A stretch of 61,066 bases of DNA from an uncultured Gammaproteobacteria bacterium (GCA_964592105.1 CAZQBL010000017.1:1-61066), one strand, 5' to 3'. Positions 39,111-50,444 are shown, counted from the stretch's first letter. Numbers and translations: made by a program. The notes: generated from the sequence alone by a model not told the origin.

Positions 39111-39469
39111 TTTGACGCCTAGTTTTGACGGGCTGTCTCAAGTTAAGCCAGGCCTGTTTCTTTTGTTCCTCAGTCGGGTTAGTGGGCCCAATGGTAAAAA
39201 GCTGGATATAATCTGGCCACAGCCAAAACCGTAAATGTCATAAACGAGTTTTACGGCCTTGAATGAGCATTAATGGGTCGGCCGTTATTGAGGAAATAGT
39301 GGATTTGTTTCGCCCCTGCTTTGTAGTCAATAATCAAAATAAGCCATACGATCCCCTTTTTGACTTATTGTTAATAGTTACCAATGTGCGTAACGGATTT
39401 ATAGCTCCGCCGCAAAACAATCTGGCTTGCTAAGAAGGGGAACTTTTTTCGCTATTTGATAATTATCAC

Positions 39470-40603
39470 TTAAACCAGTCCAATTTTCTTTTTGACCGTG
39501 GCTAAATTTTTTTGGGCCAGTGTTTGGGCTTTTTGGCTGCCTTTGGTCATGATATCCCAGACTTTGTCTGGTCGTTTCAGTAGCTCGGTACGTTTTTCCC
39601 GAAGCGATTTTAGTTGTGGAAAATCTATGATTTTATCCGCCAGAAGTTTTTTGTATTCAGAAAATTTCACCGAGCCTTCTTTGAGCGAGACGATGAATTT
39701 TTTTCTTTCGGTGTTTTCGGCAAAGATATACAGGAGCATGTAAAAGTTATACAGGGCCATAAATTTATAATACTTGGTTTGGCCCATTTCTTTTTCCAAA
39801 GTCGACAGATCTTTTTCCTTCCTGATTTCATGATGATTTGGTAATAAACCGTTAAACTCGGCAAATTCCTCGTGAATTTCTTTGGTGTGGGCGATGAATT
39901 CTTTGATAACATTTTTTTCGTCGCCAGTGACTGTGACCATAGATTTTATTTTCTTTTGAATTTCATCGGGCGTGTCAGCCAGAGCAATGTATGATTTCGG
40001 CCCCAGACTTTTGCTCATTTTTTTGGTTGGATCAGTTAGGGCCATTAGTTTCGGCGTGGGCGTGATTCTTTCCTTTGGTTCACTAAATGTCTGACCGTAT
40101 TTGTTATTGAAAGCTCTGGCGATTTCTCTGGCTAACTCCAGATGGGCGAATTGATCCTGCCCAACCGGTACTAGGTCAGCATTGTACAAAAGTATGTCCG
40201 CGGCCATTAATACTGGATAATCAAGCAAACCCATATTTAAATTGTTTTTGAATTGCTCGGCGCTGTCTTTGAATGTGGGTACGCGCTCCAGCCAGGAAAT
40301 GGGAGTAACGCAGTTGAGGATCCAGCAGAGTTCAGCGTGTTCCGGCACCCACGATTGGATCATCAGCGTGCTTTTTTCAGGATCGAGTCCGGCAGCCAGA
40401 AAGTCAACTGCGATTTCGAAAATATTGTTATTTAGTTCTTTGGCGTCCATACCCTCAGTCAGGGCATGATAATCAGCCACAGCAAAAATGCAATCATTGT
40501 CGGGATTGCTTTGCAGTTCCAGCCATGATTGGATAGCTCCAAAATAGTTGCCGATATGGAGTTGGCCCGAAGGTTTTATTCCCGAAAAAACAATGTGTTT
40601 CAT
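39470..40603 (-). CDS. trpS: tryptophanyl-tRNA synthetase
   Basis: SGIKPSGQLHIGNY, YPVLMAADIL, VPVGQDQ, KMSKS. Confidence 0.97.
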   Translation of the reverse strand: MKHIVFSGIKPSGQLHIGNYFGAIQSWLELQSNPDNDCIFAVADYHALTEGMDAKELNNNIFEIAVDFLAAGLDPEKSTLMIQSWVPEHAELCWILNCVTPISWLERVPTFKDSAEQFKNNLNMGLLDYPVLMAADILLYNADLVPVGQDQFAHLELAREIARAFNNKYGQTFSEPKERITPTPKLMALTDPTKKMSKSLGPKSYIALADTPDEIQKKIKSMVTVTGDEKNVIKEFIAHTKEIHEEFAEFNGLLPNHHEIRKEKDLSTLEKEMGQTKYYKFMALYNFYMLLYIFAENTERKKFIVSLKEGSVKFSEYKKLLADKIIDFPQLKSLREKRTELLKRPDKVWDIMTKGSQKAQTLAQKNLATVKKKIGLV

Positions 40604-40711
40604 ATGATTATTTTATTTATTGTATCATATTCTGCTTTTTATTACTATTTGTCAGGACAAATCAGCTCGGACATGAAAGGCCAGAGTTGGTTACATATTG
40701 ATTGTTTGGGA

Positions 40712-42424
40712 TTAGACTTCAATGATAACCGGCAATACCATCGGCCGACGCTCTGTTTTGCTGAAAAGAAATGATCCGATCACATCGCGTATTTTATTTT
40801 TGATGAATGTTTCGTCGGCAGAAGTGCGGGGGTCGCGATCCTTGAGTATTTTTTTCACTTTATCACGTGTTTGGTCGAGCAGTTTTTTGTTCTCCTTCAT
40901 GTAGATAAAACCGCGCGAGATAATGTCCGGCGAATTGATTAATTTTCCTGTTTCCGCGTCAATTTTGACGATGACCACAAACATACCGTCCTCGGCCAAC
41001 ATCTGACGGTCGCGCAGCACCACATGGGAAATATCACCAACGCCCAGACCATCAACCATAACGTAACTGGTGGGGACCTTTTGATTGGTTAAATGCGGGC
41101 GTCCGTGATCAAATTCAAGTACCGAGCCGTTGTCCAGGATAAAAATATTTTCTTTACGAAATCCTTCACGGATCGCTAGTTTTTCTGCTTCTTTCAGGAA
41201 GTAATGATTGGCGTAAACGGGTAGGAAATAATCTGGCTTAACTTGTTTAAGGACAGTCGCGATATCTTCTGCTGTTCCATGACCAGAGGAGTGGATATCC
41301 ATGATATCGCTATGAACTACATTATCACTCAAGCGATATAGATTATCCTTGAGGCGTTGGATAGTTCGTTCATTTCCGGGAATGATTGATGAAGAAAAAA
41401 CAATCGTGTCGCTTTTTTTGATTTGGACAAATCGATGCTGACCGTTAACAATACGTGATAATACAGCGTTGCCCTCACCCTGAGCTCCGGTACAGATGAC
41501 AATGATTTGTTTGTCGGGATATCGGTGAATTTTATCAATGGGAATAAGCGTTTCTTTTTTTACCTTGATATAGCCGAGCTGTTTAGCAACCTCGATGTTC
41601 ATTTTCATGCTATAACCGTCCAGTGCCACCTTTTTACCAATTTTTTCAGCAAATTCCAAAATTTGTTTGATTCGTTCTATTTGTGAGGAAAAGGTACCAA
41701 TGATAATGCGTCCCGGCGCCTGACTGATCAGTCGTTGCAGATTGTTATACATGACGCGTTCAGGCACTCGTTTATTAGTGTTGGTGGCACCTAGACTTTC
41801 CAACATCAAAATGGTCGGCCGTTTGAGTTTGGCCAGTTGGTGATACTGCACTTTGCGATGACTGACCGGATCTTCTTCATACGTCCAGTCACCGGGGTGT
41901 AAAACTGTGGCATGAGGCGTTTCGATTATGATGCCAATTGCATCCATAATTGAGTGGTCAACCGGAAAGAATTTGGTCAAAAATTTTCCCAGGCGGATGC
42001 GGTCGGTAATATTACGAATTATGATGGATCGCAATTGTTTGGCCGATCCTTTTTTATGGTCCTCAAGGCGATTTTTGAGTAGGGCCAGAGTCAGTGGTCG
42101 GCCGACCACCGGTGGATAACCAAGTTGCTCCAGTAATATTGGTGCCGCTCCGATATGATCAAGGTGACCGTGAGAAAAGATAACTGCCCGGATATTTTTT
42201 TCTTTACCTTTAAGATAACAGATGTTGGGAATAATATAATCAATGCCCGGCATGTCTTCCTCGGGAAACTGTACACCCATGTCTAAAATGATAATATCCT
42301 TGTGGTATTCGAAAACCGTCATATTGCGGCCAACCTCTTCCTGTCCGCCGAGCGGAATAATGCGCAGCAGGTTGGTTTTTTTGTTTGTTTCTTGGTCTCT
42401 TTTGATTTGTTTTTTTTGAATCAT
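40712..42424 (-). CDS. rnj: ribonuclease J
   Basis: PLGGQEEVGRNM, SHGHLDHIG, HSSGHG, PVYAN, RRPMVLPVI. Confidence 0.97.
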   Translation of the reverse strand: MIQKKQIKRDQETNKKTNLLRIIPLGGQEEVGRNMTVFEYHKDIIILDMGVQFPEEDMPGIDYIIPNICYLKGKEKNIRAVIFSHGHLDHIGAAPILLEQLGYPPVVGRPLTLALLKNRLEDHKKGSAKQLRSIIIRNITDRIRLGKFLTKFFPVDHSIMDAIGIIIETPHATVLHPGDWTYEEDPVSHRKVQYHQLAKLKRPTILMLESLGATNTNKRVPERVMYNNLQRLISQAPGRIIIGTFSSQIERIKQILEFAEKIGKKVALDGYSMKMNIEVAKQLGYIKVKKETLIPIDKIHRYPDKQIIVICTGAQGEGNAVLSRIVNGQHRFVQIKKSDTIVFSSSIIPGNERTIQRLKDNLYRLSDNVVHSDIMDIHSSGHGTAEDIATVLKQVKPDYFLPVYANHYFLKEAEKLAIREGFRKENIFILDNGSVLEFDHGRPHLTNQKVPTSYVMVDGLGVGDISHVVLRDRQMLAEDGMFVVIVKIDAETGKLINSPDIISRGFIYMKENKKLLDQTRDKVKKILKDRDPRTSADETFIKNKIRDVIGSFLFSKTERRPMVLPVIIEV

Positions 42425-42588
42425 ATTTTTTAATTTCTAAGAACGAAGCACGAATTCCAAAACAAATTCAAATGAATTAAATTCTAAATTCAAAACAAGA
42501 CTGCAACTTGAGAAGTTTTGAACATTTGAATTTTGAACATTAGATATTGTTTCGAGTTTCGATATTCGAATTTCGGATTTATTGAGAT

Positions 42589-42675
42589 TGGTGCCGGAGA
42601 GAGGACTTGAACCTCCAAGCCCTTGCGGGCACATGGCCCTGAACCATGCGTGTTTGCCAATTTCACCACTCCGGC
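42589..42675 (-). tRNA. tRNA-Leu (anticodon CAG), encoded CCA
   Basis: GCCGGAGTGGTGAAATTGGCAAACACG CATGG-TTCAGGG-CCATG long variable arm GGAGGTTCAAGTCCTCTCTCCGGCACCA. Confidence 0.97.
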
Positions 42676-42682
42676 ATGAAAA

Positions 42683-44515
42683 TTAATTCCAACCCAATTT
42701 AGTTTTAATATACCATTCCTCAATGCCATTGAAGCGATCGGAGGGAACGGTGATGCGTTCCTGGCTTATGCCTTTTATTTTTTCGTTGACGCCATAATCA
42801 TAAGTTGGGCTGTAGAGGAAGATAGCCGGTAATTCCTCGGCCAGAATGTTTTGGAAGTCAACATATTTTTTAGCGCGCTCGTCAGCGTTATTAAGTTGGC
42901 GCGCTTCCTCCAGAAGTTTATCCGCATCTTTGTTAAAGTAATTGGAAAGATTGAGGCCGCCAGAAAGGCTCTGGCTTGAATGCCAAAAAGGATAGGGGTC
43001 GGGGTCAGCCCCGACAATCTCGCCATAGAGAAAGGCTTCGTAGTTTCTTGGTTTTATAACTTCTTTATCGACACGACTGGTGTTCATGATGCGTAACTCT
43101 ATACTGGCTCCGATTTTTTCCCAGTTTTGTTTTAAAATATTAGCTGTTTTTATGTATTCCGGCTGATCTACCGTGGTCAATGAAAATTTGAATTCTAAAC
43201 CATTTTTCTGCCGGACAGTCCCGCCCTCGGGAATTTTCCAGCCGGCTTGTTCGAGAGTGTCAGCGGCTTTAGCCATATCGAATTCGTATTTTTTTACGTC
43301 GGGATTGAAACCAGGGAAGCCCTCTAAAATTGGAGAATTAGTGATGACGCCGTCGTTGTCAAGTACTTCCGCTAGAATCTGATTTTTGTCGGTAGCATAG
43401 GCCAGAGCCTCGCGCAATTCTTTGGTTTTTAAAAGTGAATTTTTTTGATTTAGAAAGACAGCAGTATATTGAGGCAAAAGAAGTTGATAAACTGTTATGT
43501 TGTCATTCTTTTTCAACGAATCTTTGAGATTTTTGGGAACGTAACTAGTTCCTTCAACTGAATTATTTTGTGCGGCGGTTACGGCTGCTTCAAAGCTTTC
43601 ATAAAACTTCAGAGTAATTTTATCAATATATGGTAGGTGGCCGTAATAATTTTCGTTTCTGGTTAGCATGTAAGTTTTTATGTTGCCGGAACGATCTTTG
43701 GTTAATTCTTTGAATAGATATGGTCCGGTACCGATAGGTTTGGTGTTGTATTCAGTCAGGCGGAAATTGGTAGCCGTTAAATCGTTCCAGAGATGAGCCG
43801 GCAGGATGCCGATAGTCAAGCTGGATAGAAATGGTGAAAACGGTTCATTCAGGTTGAATCTGACGGTAAAATCGTCAACCCTTTCAACGCTTACCCCTTT
43901 GAAACTGGAATAATATGGACTGTTGTATTCAGGATCTTTAATAGTTTCGTAAGTATAGACGATGTCATCAGCCATTAATTCGTTACCGTTGTGCCATTTA
44001 ACGTTGGGTCGTAAATATATCGTGTAAGTTTTGAGGTCCTCGGATATTTCATACCTTTCGGCTAGATCCGGCACTAATTCCAGTTGCTGATTGTAGGTAA
44101 AGAGCCCGGAGTAAATAAGCTTGCTTATATCACGATCTACGTCGCTTTGAGCTAAAACAGGATTAATATAGGCCGGTTGTCCAACCAAGGCTTCGGTATA
44201 GGCGCCACCGTTTTTTGGCAGATAGACGATATGTCTTTGGTAAAACCGGAAAGTAATAAAACCAAGACAAATAATGACTATCGTCAGCAAGGTTCTGATA
44301 ATAATTTTTTCTTTTTTGGACAGGTACTGCGGTAAATATTGTAGTTGTGGCCAGGAAGGAAAACGTTGCGTGGCCAAAGAAAAAACTAACTTCTTGTCCC
44401 AATCATTCTGTTCGGCTAAGACAGAAGGAGGTTTCACGGGTTTTACTTTGATAGGAAATTTTCGACGATAATAGGTGCTAACCCGTTCGAAGAATTGTTT
44501 TAGATAGTTTTTCAA
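42683..44515 (-). CDS. peptide/nickel ABC-type substrate-binding protein (SBP family 5) with N-terminal TM anchor
   Basis: LIYSGLF, PDLAE, WHNG..L.ADDI.YT, PIGTGPY, RNYEAFLYG, NLSNY.N..AD.LLEEAR, ELPAIFLY; TTG start uncertain. Confidence 0.9.
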   Translation of the reverse strand: MKNYLKQFFERVSTYYRRKFPIKVKPVKPPSVLAEQNDWDKKLVFSLATQRFPSWPQLQYLPQYLSKKEKIIIRTLLTIVIICLGFITFRFYQRHIVYLPKNGGAYTEALVGQPAYINPVLAQSDVDRDISKLIYSGLFTYNQQLELVPDLAERYEISEDLKTYTIYLRPNVKWHNGNELMADDIVYTYETIKDPEYNSPYYSSFKGVSVERVDDFTVRFNLNEPFSPFLSSLTIGILPAHLWNDLTATNFRLTEYNTKPIGTGPYLFKELTKDRSGNIKTYMLTRNENYYGHLPYIDKITLKFYESFEAAVTAAQNNSVEGTSYVPKNLKDSLKKNDNITVYQLLLPQYTAVFLNQKNSLLKTKELREALAYATDKNQILAEVLDNDGVITNSPILEGFPGFNPDVKKYEFDMAKAADTLEQAGWKIPEGGTVRQKNGLEFKFSLTTVDQPEYIKTANILKQNWEKIGASIELRIMNTSRVDKEVIKPRNYEAFLYGEIVGADPDPYPFWHSSQSLSGGLNLSNYFNKDADKLLEEARQLNNADERAKKYVDFQNILAEELPAIFLYSPTYDYGVNEKIKGISQERITVPSDRFNGIEEWYIKTKLGWN

Positions 44516-44534
44516 TTTAATTACCGTTTTTTTG

Positions 44535-44756
44535 TTATTGGCGGATTAGGATATTGGCGATGGCCACTCCCAGAAAAAGGACGCTTAAAATAATCGTCCC
44601 GACAAAGAGGGTTTTTTCGAATCCTCGTTTAGTTCGGTAGATATTACCTTGGCCGCCAAAAACCGTGGATAGTCCTGCTCCACGACTTTGGAGCAAGATA
44701 GCGGTAATCAGTAATACCGCTAAAACGATTTGGATGATGTTAAAGATATTTTCCAT
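44535..44756 (-). CDS. secG: preprotein translocase subunit SecG
   Basis: ILLQSRGAGLSTVFGG...RTKRGFEKTL, two TMs; ATG 44756. Confidence 0.93.
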   Translation of the reverse strand: MENIFNIIQIVLAVLLITAILLQSRGAGLSTVFGGQGNIYRTKRGFEKTLFVGTIILSVLFLGVAIANILIRQ

Positions 44757-44802
44757 AAATAAAAAAAGTAGTATTACTACGGCATAGTATAGACTACCAA
44801 AC

Positions 44803-44961
44803 TTAATGGCATTTGTCAACCGCACTTTTTTGGGCGATAATTCGCTGCAATTTTTTGACGTTCGCCCCAGAGATCACCATACGCGGCATACGTTTCCTTT
44901 CTCGCTTTTTATAATTTTTGGCCAAGTTGTTTTCTATCAATTCCAAGTTGAGATTTTTCAT
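44803..44961 (-). CDS. 52-aa basic small protein, unknown function
   Basis: MKNLNLELIENNLAKNYKKRERKRMPRMVISGANVKKLQRIIAQKSAVDKCH; ATG overlaps the uvrC stop (ATGA). Confidence 0.55.
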   Translation of the reverse strand: MKNLNLELIENNLAKNYKKRERKRMPRMVISGANVKKLQRIIAQKSAVDKCH

Positions 44962-46715
44962 AATTTTTCTTTTATCTGGCGAGCTAATTTAATCCCTACT
45001 AATTTAGTCAGCTCCGCTTCGGTGGCTTGGCTAGCGCCCAGAGCCGACCCAAAATTCTTAATCAATAGTTTTTTTGTTTTTGGCCCCAAGCCAGGAATAT
45101 CATCAAGGACCGAACGCTTGAGGGATTTTTGGTGTATTTTTCTGTAGAAAGCTATGGCAAAACGATGAGCTTCATCCCGCAAGCGTTCGATTAAAAACAG
45201 CGCCGGGGAATTGGCTGGAAAGTTAAGTGAGCTTTTTTTGCCGGGCAAATAGATATCTTCCTGTTTTTTGGCCAGGGCGGCCACAGCGACATTTTTGGGA
45301 ATATGAGGTAGGGCGGAATTCAGCTGCCCTTTGCCGCCGTCCAGAATGACTAAGTCGGGTTTGGGCCAGGCGGTTTTTTTATCTGCCGATTCTCCAATTC
45401 TAGCGAACCTTCTTTTGATCACTTCGGCCATCATCGCGGTATCGTTGGCACCCGTGACGGTTTTTATTTTGAATTTACGGTACCATTTTTTATTCGGTTG
45501 GCCATCAATGAAAACAATCATCGAGGCAACCGCCTTGGCACCCTGAATGTTAGAAATGTCGAAAACCTCGATACGTCTGGGCCAATTACTCATGCCCAGG
45601 TATTTTTGAAATTGTTTCAGGGCGGACGTGATTTGGGCCTCGTTTTTCTGCCAGGAAGCTTGGGCTTGATTCAAAAAGGCTGCGGCGTTTTCTCGGCCCA
45701 ATTCCAGGTACTGACGTTTGAATCCTTTTTGGGCGGTAAATATTTTCAGCTTGAAAGTTTTTTCCAAAAGATGTTTATCCGGAAGTTCTGTGGGTACAAT
45801 AATCTGTCGGGGTACGTCCGTAGCCCGCGGATAGTATTGCTCAATAAAAGCTTGAATAATGGTCGCATCATTTTGCTCGGCAATGTTTTTTAGTAGGAAA
45901 TTCTGTTTGTTGATGAGAGCTCCCCGTCTGACGTTAAAAACATTAATGGCTCCGTGGGTTTCGTCGCGAGCTAAGCTTATAATATCCTGATTTTCCCCGC
46001 GCAAGGATATTATTTTTTGCTTTTCGGCGATTTTGGTGAGCTGGTTAATTTTATCCCGAAGAACGGCGGCCTGTTCATACTTTTTTTCGGAACTGGCCTT
46101 AATCATGCGGTCTTTTAGTTCAGTGATAATATCCCCCAATTGACCTTTTAAGAATTGGATAATTCTATTGATATTTTGACGGTATTCTTGGGCATCGGTC
46201 GGGCCGAATAATTGCGGGTAGCGTGTCAGTAAGTTTCGCAGGTGTTGGGTTGAGGTGTTTTTCGGGAAATTTCGATGAGGAAAAAGTTTGCGTAAGTAAT
46301 GGAGCGTTTCCCGAACGGCCCCGGCCGAAGCTGAGGGTCCGAAATACTTGGCTTTGTCTTGACTGATATTTCTAACGGTGAAGACTCTGGGAAATTTTTC
46401 ATCAACCGTAATTTTGATATACTGGAAATTTTTGTCGTCTTTCAGATCGATATTGTATGGCGGTTGGTTTTTCTTGATCAAGTTTGATTCAAGTAACAAA
46501 GCTTCTGTTTCCGAAGAGGTGATAATGAATTCAATTTTTTTTATTTTTTCGACCATCAACAGCTTATGCGGTGTCAAAGAAGACGATTGGTGAAAATAAG
46601 AGCTGACGCGGTTTTTCAAGTTTTTAGCTTTACCGATATACAAAATGTCTTCTTCTTTATCTTTAAAGATGTAGACGCCGGGTTTTGAGGGAATGTGTTG
46701 CAAATTAATTTTCAT
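44958..46715 (-). CDS. uvrC: excinuclease ABC subunit C
   Basis: GIY-YIG PGVYIF..LYIGKAKNL, IEVFDISN, DGGKGQL, RDEAHRFA, HhH IPGLG. Confidence 0.98.
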   Translation of the reverse strand: MKINLQHIPSKPGVYIFKDKEEDILYIGKAKNLKNRVSSYFHQSSSLTPHKLLMVEKIKKIEFIITSSETEALLLESNLIKKNQPPYNIDLKDDKNFQYIKITVDEKFPRVFTVRNISQDKAKYFGPSASAGAVRETLHYLRKLFPHRNFPKNTSTQHLRNLLTRYPQLFGPTDAQEYRQNINRIIQFLKGQLGDIITELKDRMIKASSEKKYEQAAVLRDKINQLTKIAEKQKIISLRGENQDIISLARDETHGAINVFNVRRGALINKQNFLLKNIAEQNDATIIQAFIEQYYPRATDVPRQIIVPTELPDKHLLEKTFKLKIFTAQKGFKRQYLELGRENAAAFLNQAQASWQKNEAQITSALKQFQKYLGMSNWPRRIEVFDISNIQGAKAVASMIVFIDGQPNKKWYRKFKIKTVTGANDTAMMAEVIKRRFARIGESADKKTAWPKPDLVILDGGKGQLNSALPHIPKNVAVAALAKKQEDIYLPGKKSSLNFPANSPALFLIERLRDEAHRFAIAFYRKIHQKSLKRSVLDDIPGLGPKTKKLLIKNFGSALGASQATEAELTKLVGIKLARQIKEKL

Positions 46716-46872
46716 GGCTCAACCAAATTATAGCACAGCGGGCTTAAAAAGCGGGGTTTTTAGATATGGTGTTTGATATCTCATATATCATATATATTAC
46801 ATATTGCCTAGCCAACATCGTCACCCTCTAGACCGTTAAACCGTAGCCCCAAAGCGTTAACTGTACAGGGAG

Positions 46873-46901
46873 TTGACCCGTATTGACAGAGGGTGTATAA
46901 T
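46873..46901 (+). promoter_or_regulatory. uvrA promoter (TTGACC-17-TATAAT)
   Basis: Consensus boxes; followed by a 12-bp hairpin TCTTTTGGCGTT/AACGCCAAAAGA. Confidence 0.6.
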
Positions 46902-47028
46902 GAGCTTCGCATCTTTTGGCGTTTTTTGATGTTTAAATATAACGCCAAAAGAACCCTCGCGTTCATAGCTTGGGAATAAAAGTATTGTTGCGAGTAGTTA
47001 GGCCTTTTTATGTGGATAATCATTTTCC

Positions 47029-49884
47029 ATGAAAACAAACGCAAAAAATAACCCCAATAAGATAATAATTCGTGGCGCACGGGTCCATAATCTGAAAAAT
47101 GTTGATGTGGACATCCCGCGCGATAAACTGGTGGTGATGAGCGGTATTTCCGGTTCGGGCAAGTCATCGCTAGCTTTTGATACGATTTACGCCGAGGGGC
47201 AGCGCCGTTACGTGGAATCGTTATCAGCCTATGCTCGTCAGTTTTTGGGACTCATGGATAAGCCGGACGTGGATTTAATCGAGGGTTTATCACCGGCCAT
47301 TTCCATAGATCAGAAATCAACTTCCCACAATCCACGTTCAACCGTGGGTACGGTTACGGAAATTTATGATTATCTCCGCTTGCTTTTTGCCCGGGTGGGA
47401 AAACCTCATTGTCCCAATTGTGGCCGGCCGGTGGCCAAGCAAACCCTCGATCAGATATCGGCCAAGATAATGTCAATGCCGCAGGAAACTCAGTTCATCA
47501 TTTTGGCGCCGGTTATCAAAGATCAGAAAGGCGAACACAAGAACGTTATAGTTGAGGTTCGTAAAGCCGGTTATGTCCGGGTGCGCTTTGACGGCGTGAT
47601 TTATTCGATTGAAGAAGCTGAAGATTTGAGAGTGGACAAGCAAAAAAAACATACGGTGGATGTGGTGGTAGACCGTTTGACTAATAATAAAGAATTGGAC
47701 AAGAAGCGTTTGATCGAATCATTAGAAACGGCCTTGGATTTGGGCGATGGCTTGGTTATTGTCCAGCGGCAGGATACAGGTACTGATCTTCTTTTTTCCC
47801 AGCATTTTGCCTGTCCGCACTGCGATATAAACTTACCGCCGATAGAGCCGAGAAATTTTTCTTTTAATAGCCCCCACGGTGCCTGCCCGGAATGTACGGG
47901 TCTGGGTACCAAGTTGGAAATAACACCCGAGCTGGTCATTCCCAATAGACGCTTGACTATTGCTGAGGGCGCTATCCGTCCCTGGGCCAGAACTTTGGCT
48001 AATCAGGCTTGGTATGTTAGGTTTTTGCGTAAAGTAGCCGAAGCCAATGGCTTTTCCATTGATGTACCGGTGGAGAAGTTGAGCAAAAAACATTTAGATA
48101 TCGTTCTTTACGGCTCCGGGACAAAGGAGTATTCCATGGAATATTCCAGCGACCGGTTTGAAGGTGATTTGACCAGAAATTTTGAAGGCGTAATTCCCAA
48201 CCTGATGCGCCGCTACAAGGAAACGCAGTCGGATTATATCCGTTCGGAAATCGAAAAATACATGCGCGTTCTTATCTGTCCGGTGTGCAAAGGCAAGCGC
48301 TTGAAACCGGAAGCCCTGGCGGTGACCGTGGCCGATAAATCTATCGCTGATATTGCGGCCATGACTGTGGAACAGGCCAAACATTTTTTTACCTACCTCA
48401 CTTTTTTGTCGGAAAAAGAAAAAACCATCGCTAAACAAATTCTGAAAGAAATCAATGCTCGCCTGACCTTCCTACACAATGTCGGATTGGATTATTTATC
48501 TTTGGATCGGACGGCCTCTACTCTGGCTGGCGGTGAGGCGCAGCGTATTCGTTTGGCCACGCAAATCGGATCTTCGTTGGTCGGTGTGGTTTACATCCTG
48601 GACGAACCCTCCATCGGTTTGCATCAGCGTGATAATGAAAAATTAATAGCCACTTTGAAAACCCTGCGTGACTTGGGTAACACTGTCATTGTAGTGGAAC
48701 ACGATGAGGGCACTATTTTGGCTTCTGATTATATTGTTGACATCGGGCCTGGTGCCGGTGACCATGGCGGCAAAATCGTGGCCGTGGGCACGCCGCAGGA
48801 AATCATGAGAAACAGAAATTCTCTGACGGGTAAATATCTGGCCGGTAAACTGTCCATACCCACGCCCCAGCAATACCGCCAGGGCAACGGCAAATTTATC
48901 GTGATCAGGGGGGCGGCCGAATTCAATCTTAAAAATATTGACGTTAAAATTCCCTTGGCTAAGTTGGTCTGTATCACCGGTGTCTCCGGGTCGGGCAAGT
49001 CTACACTTATGATCGATATTCTGGCCAAGGCCCTGGCTCAGAGGTTTTATCAGGCCAAAGACATGCCCGGCAAACATCAGCGCATTGATGGTCTGGAACA
49101 TTTGGATAAAGTCATTAATATTGATCAGTCGCCCATTGGCCGTACGCCGCGTTCTAATCCGGCCACCTATACCGGCCTTTTTACTTACATCAGAGATTTG
49201 TTCACCCAGGTTCCGGAGGCTAAGATTCGTGGTTATGGGCCAGGGCGGTTCAGTTTCAACGTAGTTGGCGGGCGATGCGAGGCTTGCCAGGGCGATGGTT
49301 TGGTGAAAATCGAGATGAATTTTCTGCCGGATGTCTATGTGGAATGCGAGGAGTGCAAAGGCAAGCGTTATAGTCCGCAGATTTTGGAAATTCATTACAA
49401 GGACAAAAATATCTCCGACATTTTGAGTATGACGGTGGAAGAGGCCATGGAGTTTTTTAAGAACCTGCCGGCCATCTACAACAAACTGCAGACATTGTAC
49501 GAAGTAGGCTTGGGCTATATTCATTTGGGACAATCCGCCACCACTCTTTCGGGTGGCGAAGCCCAGCGCATCAAGCTGGCCACGGAACTGTCCCGCCGTG
49601 CTACCGGCCGAACCTTATATATTCTGGATGAACCCACTACTGGGCTTCATTTTGATGACGTTAAACGATTGTTGCACGTTTTAAATCAGTTAGTTGATAA
49701 AGGTAATACGGTTTTGGTTATAGAGCATAATTTGGACGTCATCAAAAGCGCGGATTGGATCATTGATCTCGGACCCGAAGGCGGGGACAAAGGTGGCGAA
49801 ATAGTGGCCGAAGGCACGCCGCGCGAGGTGGCTAAAGTCAAAAAAAGTTATACAGGGCAGTTTTTGAAGAAAATGTTGAAGTAA
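47029..49884 (+). CDS. uvrA: excinuclease ABC subunit A
   Basis: Two ABC modules ([24 protein letters not shown]), Zn fingers. Confidence 0.99.
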   Translation: MKTNAKNNPNKIIIRGARVHNLKNVDVDIPRDKLVVMSGISGSGKSSLAFDTIYAEGQRRYVESLSAYARQFLGLMDKPDVDLIEGLSPAISIDQKSTSHNPRSTVGTVTEIYDYLRLLFARVGKPHCPNCGRPVAKQTLDQISAKIMSMPQETQFIILAPVIKDQKGEHKNVIVEVRKAGYVRVRFDGVIYSIEEAEDLRVDKQKKHTVDVVVDRLTNNKELDKKRLIESLETALDLGDGLVIVQRQDTGTDLLFSQHFACPHCDINLPPIEPRNFSFNSPHGACPECTGLGTKLEITPELVIPNRRLTIAEGAIRPWARTLANQAWYVRFLRKVAEANGFSIDVPVEKLSKKHLDIVLYGSGTKEYSMEYSSDRFEGDLTRNFEGVIPNLMRRYKETQSDYIRSEIEKYMRVLICPVCKGKRLKPEALAVTVADKSIADIAAMTVEQAKHFFTYLTFLSEKEKTIAKQILKEINARLTFLHNVGLDYLSLDRTASTLAGGEAQRIRLATQIGSSLVGVVYILDEPSIGLHQRDNEKLIATLKTLRDLGNTVIVVEHDEGTILASDYIVDIGPGAGDHGGKIVAVGTPQEIMRNRNSLTGKYLAGKLSIPTPQQYRQGNGKFIVIRGAAEFNLKNIDVKIPLAKLVCITGVSGSGKSTLMIDILAKALAQRFYQAKDMPGKHQRIDGLEHLDKVINIDQSPIGRTPRSNPATYTGLFTYIRDLFTQVPEAKIRGYGPGRFSFNVVGGRCEACQGDGLVKIEMNFLPDVYVECEECKGKRYSPQILEIHYKDKNISDILSMTVEEAMEFFKNLPAIYNKLQTLYEVGLGYIHLGQSATTLSGGEAQRIKLATELSRRATGRTLYILDEPTTGLHFDDVKRLLHVLNQLVDKGNTVLVIEHNLDVIKSADWIIDLGPEGGDKGGEIVAEGTPREVAKVKKSYTGQFLKKMLK

Positions 49885-49947
49885 GAATTGTTAGAGGAGC
49901 AATTGGAGCGTGAGATTAAGAGGTGGGGAGGAGATAGATAATTAGTT

Positions 49948-50433
49948 ATGAGTACGATATTGTGTGGCGGGCAACCAATGTTGTTTTTTATTTTTTTGGT
50001 GCATAATGTAAATAGGATTGTTAATGAGAGAAAGGCACTGTCTATAATAGGCAATAATAACAATGACAAAATTTACAGCACCCGAAACACTTTAAGAATC
50101 ACTAAAGATATAGATGTGTATTCAAAGGAAGCGACTGCGATTGTTGTTACCAAAGTGTTGAAAGGTGATGTAAAAATTGATTCCGAAATAAAGATTCTTC
50201 AATGGGACGGTGAATTAGACGGTCAAGTTCAGACAGCTGAGGGCGCCATAAAATACGTAGAGGGTCAGAAAAATTTGTTATTTCTTGGTACTGATGAAAT
50301 CGGTAATTGGGGAGTTTTTGCCGGAGATTGGGGTCAGTACCCGATTGATGAAAATAACATGGTCAAAGATTTTAATGACAAAACTGTCAGTTTCGCCGAT
50401 TTTGAGAACGCCATCCTCGAGCCTATTAAGTAA
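49948..50433 (+). CDS. hypothetical protein, probably an N-terminally truncated secreted protein
   Basis: Coding-like C-terminal two-thirds (KVLKGD..I.ILQ..G..YVEG..LLFL); poor N-terminus and no SD. Confidence 0.5.
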   Translation: MSTILCGGQPMLFFIFLVHNVNRIVNERKALSIIGNNNNDKIYSTRNTLRITKDIDVYSKEATAIVVTKVLKGDVKIDSEIKILQWDGELDGQVQTAEGAIKYVEGQKNLLFLGTDEIGNWGVFAGDWGQYPIDENNMVKDFNDKTVSFADFENAILEPIK

Positions 50434-50444
50434 AGTCGTAATTC

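Noticed and set aside
39115-39440. Coding-like minus-strand fragments between efp and trpS
   Set aside because: Multiple stops and shifts and no recognisable family; at most an old gene remnant
42589-42675. tRNA-Leu as an integration site for a genomic island
   Set aside because: No integrase and no duplicated tRNA 3' end in the window
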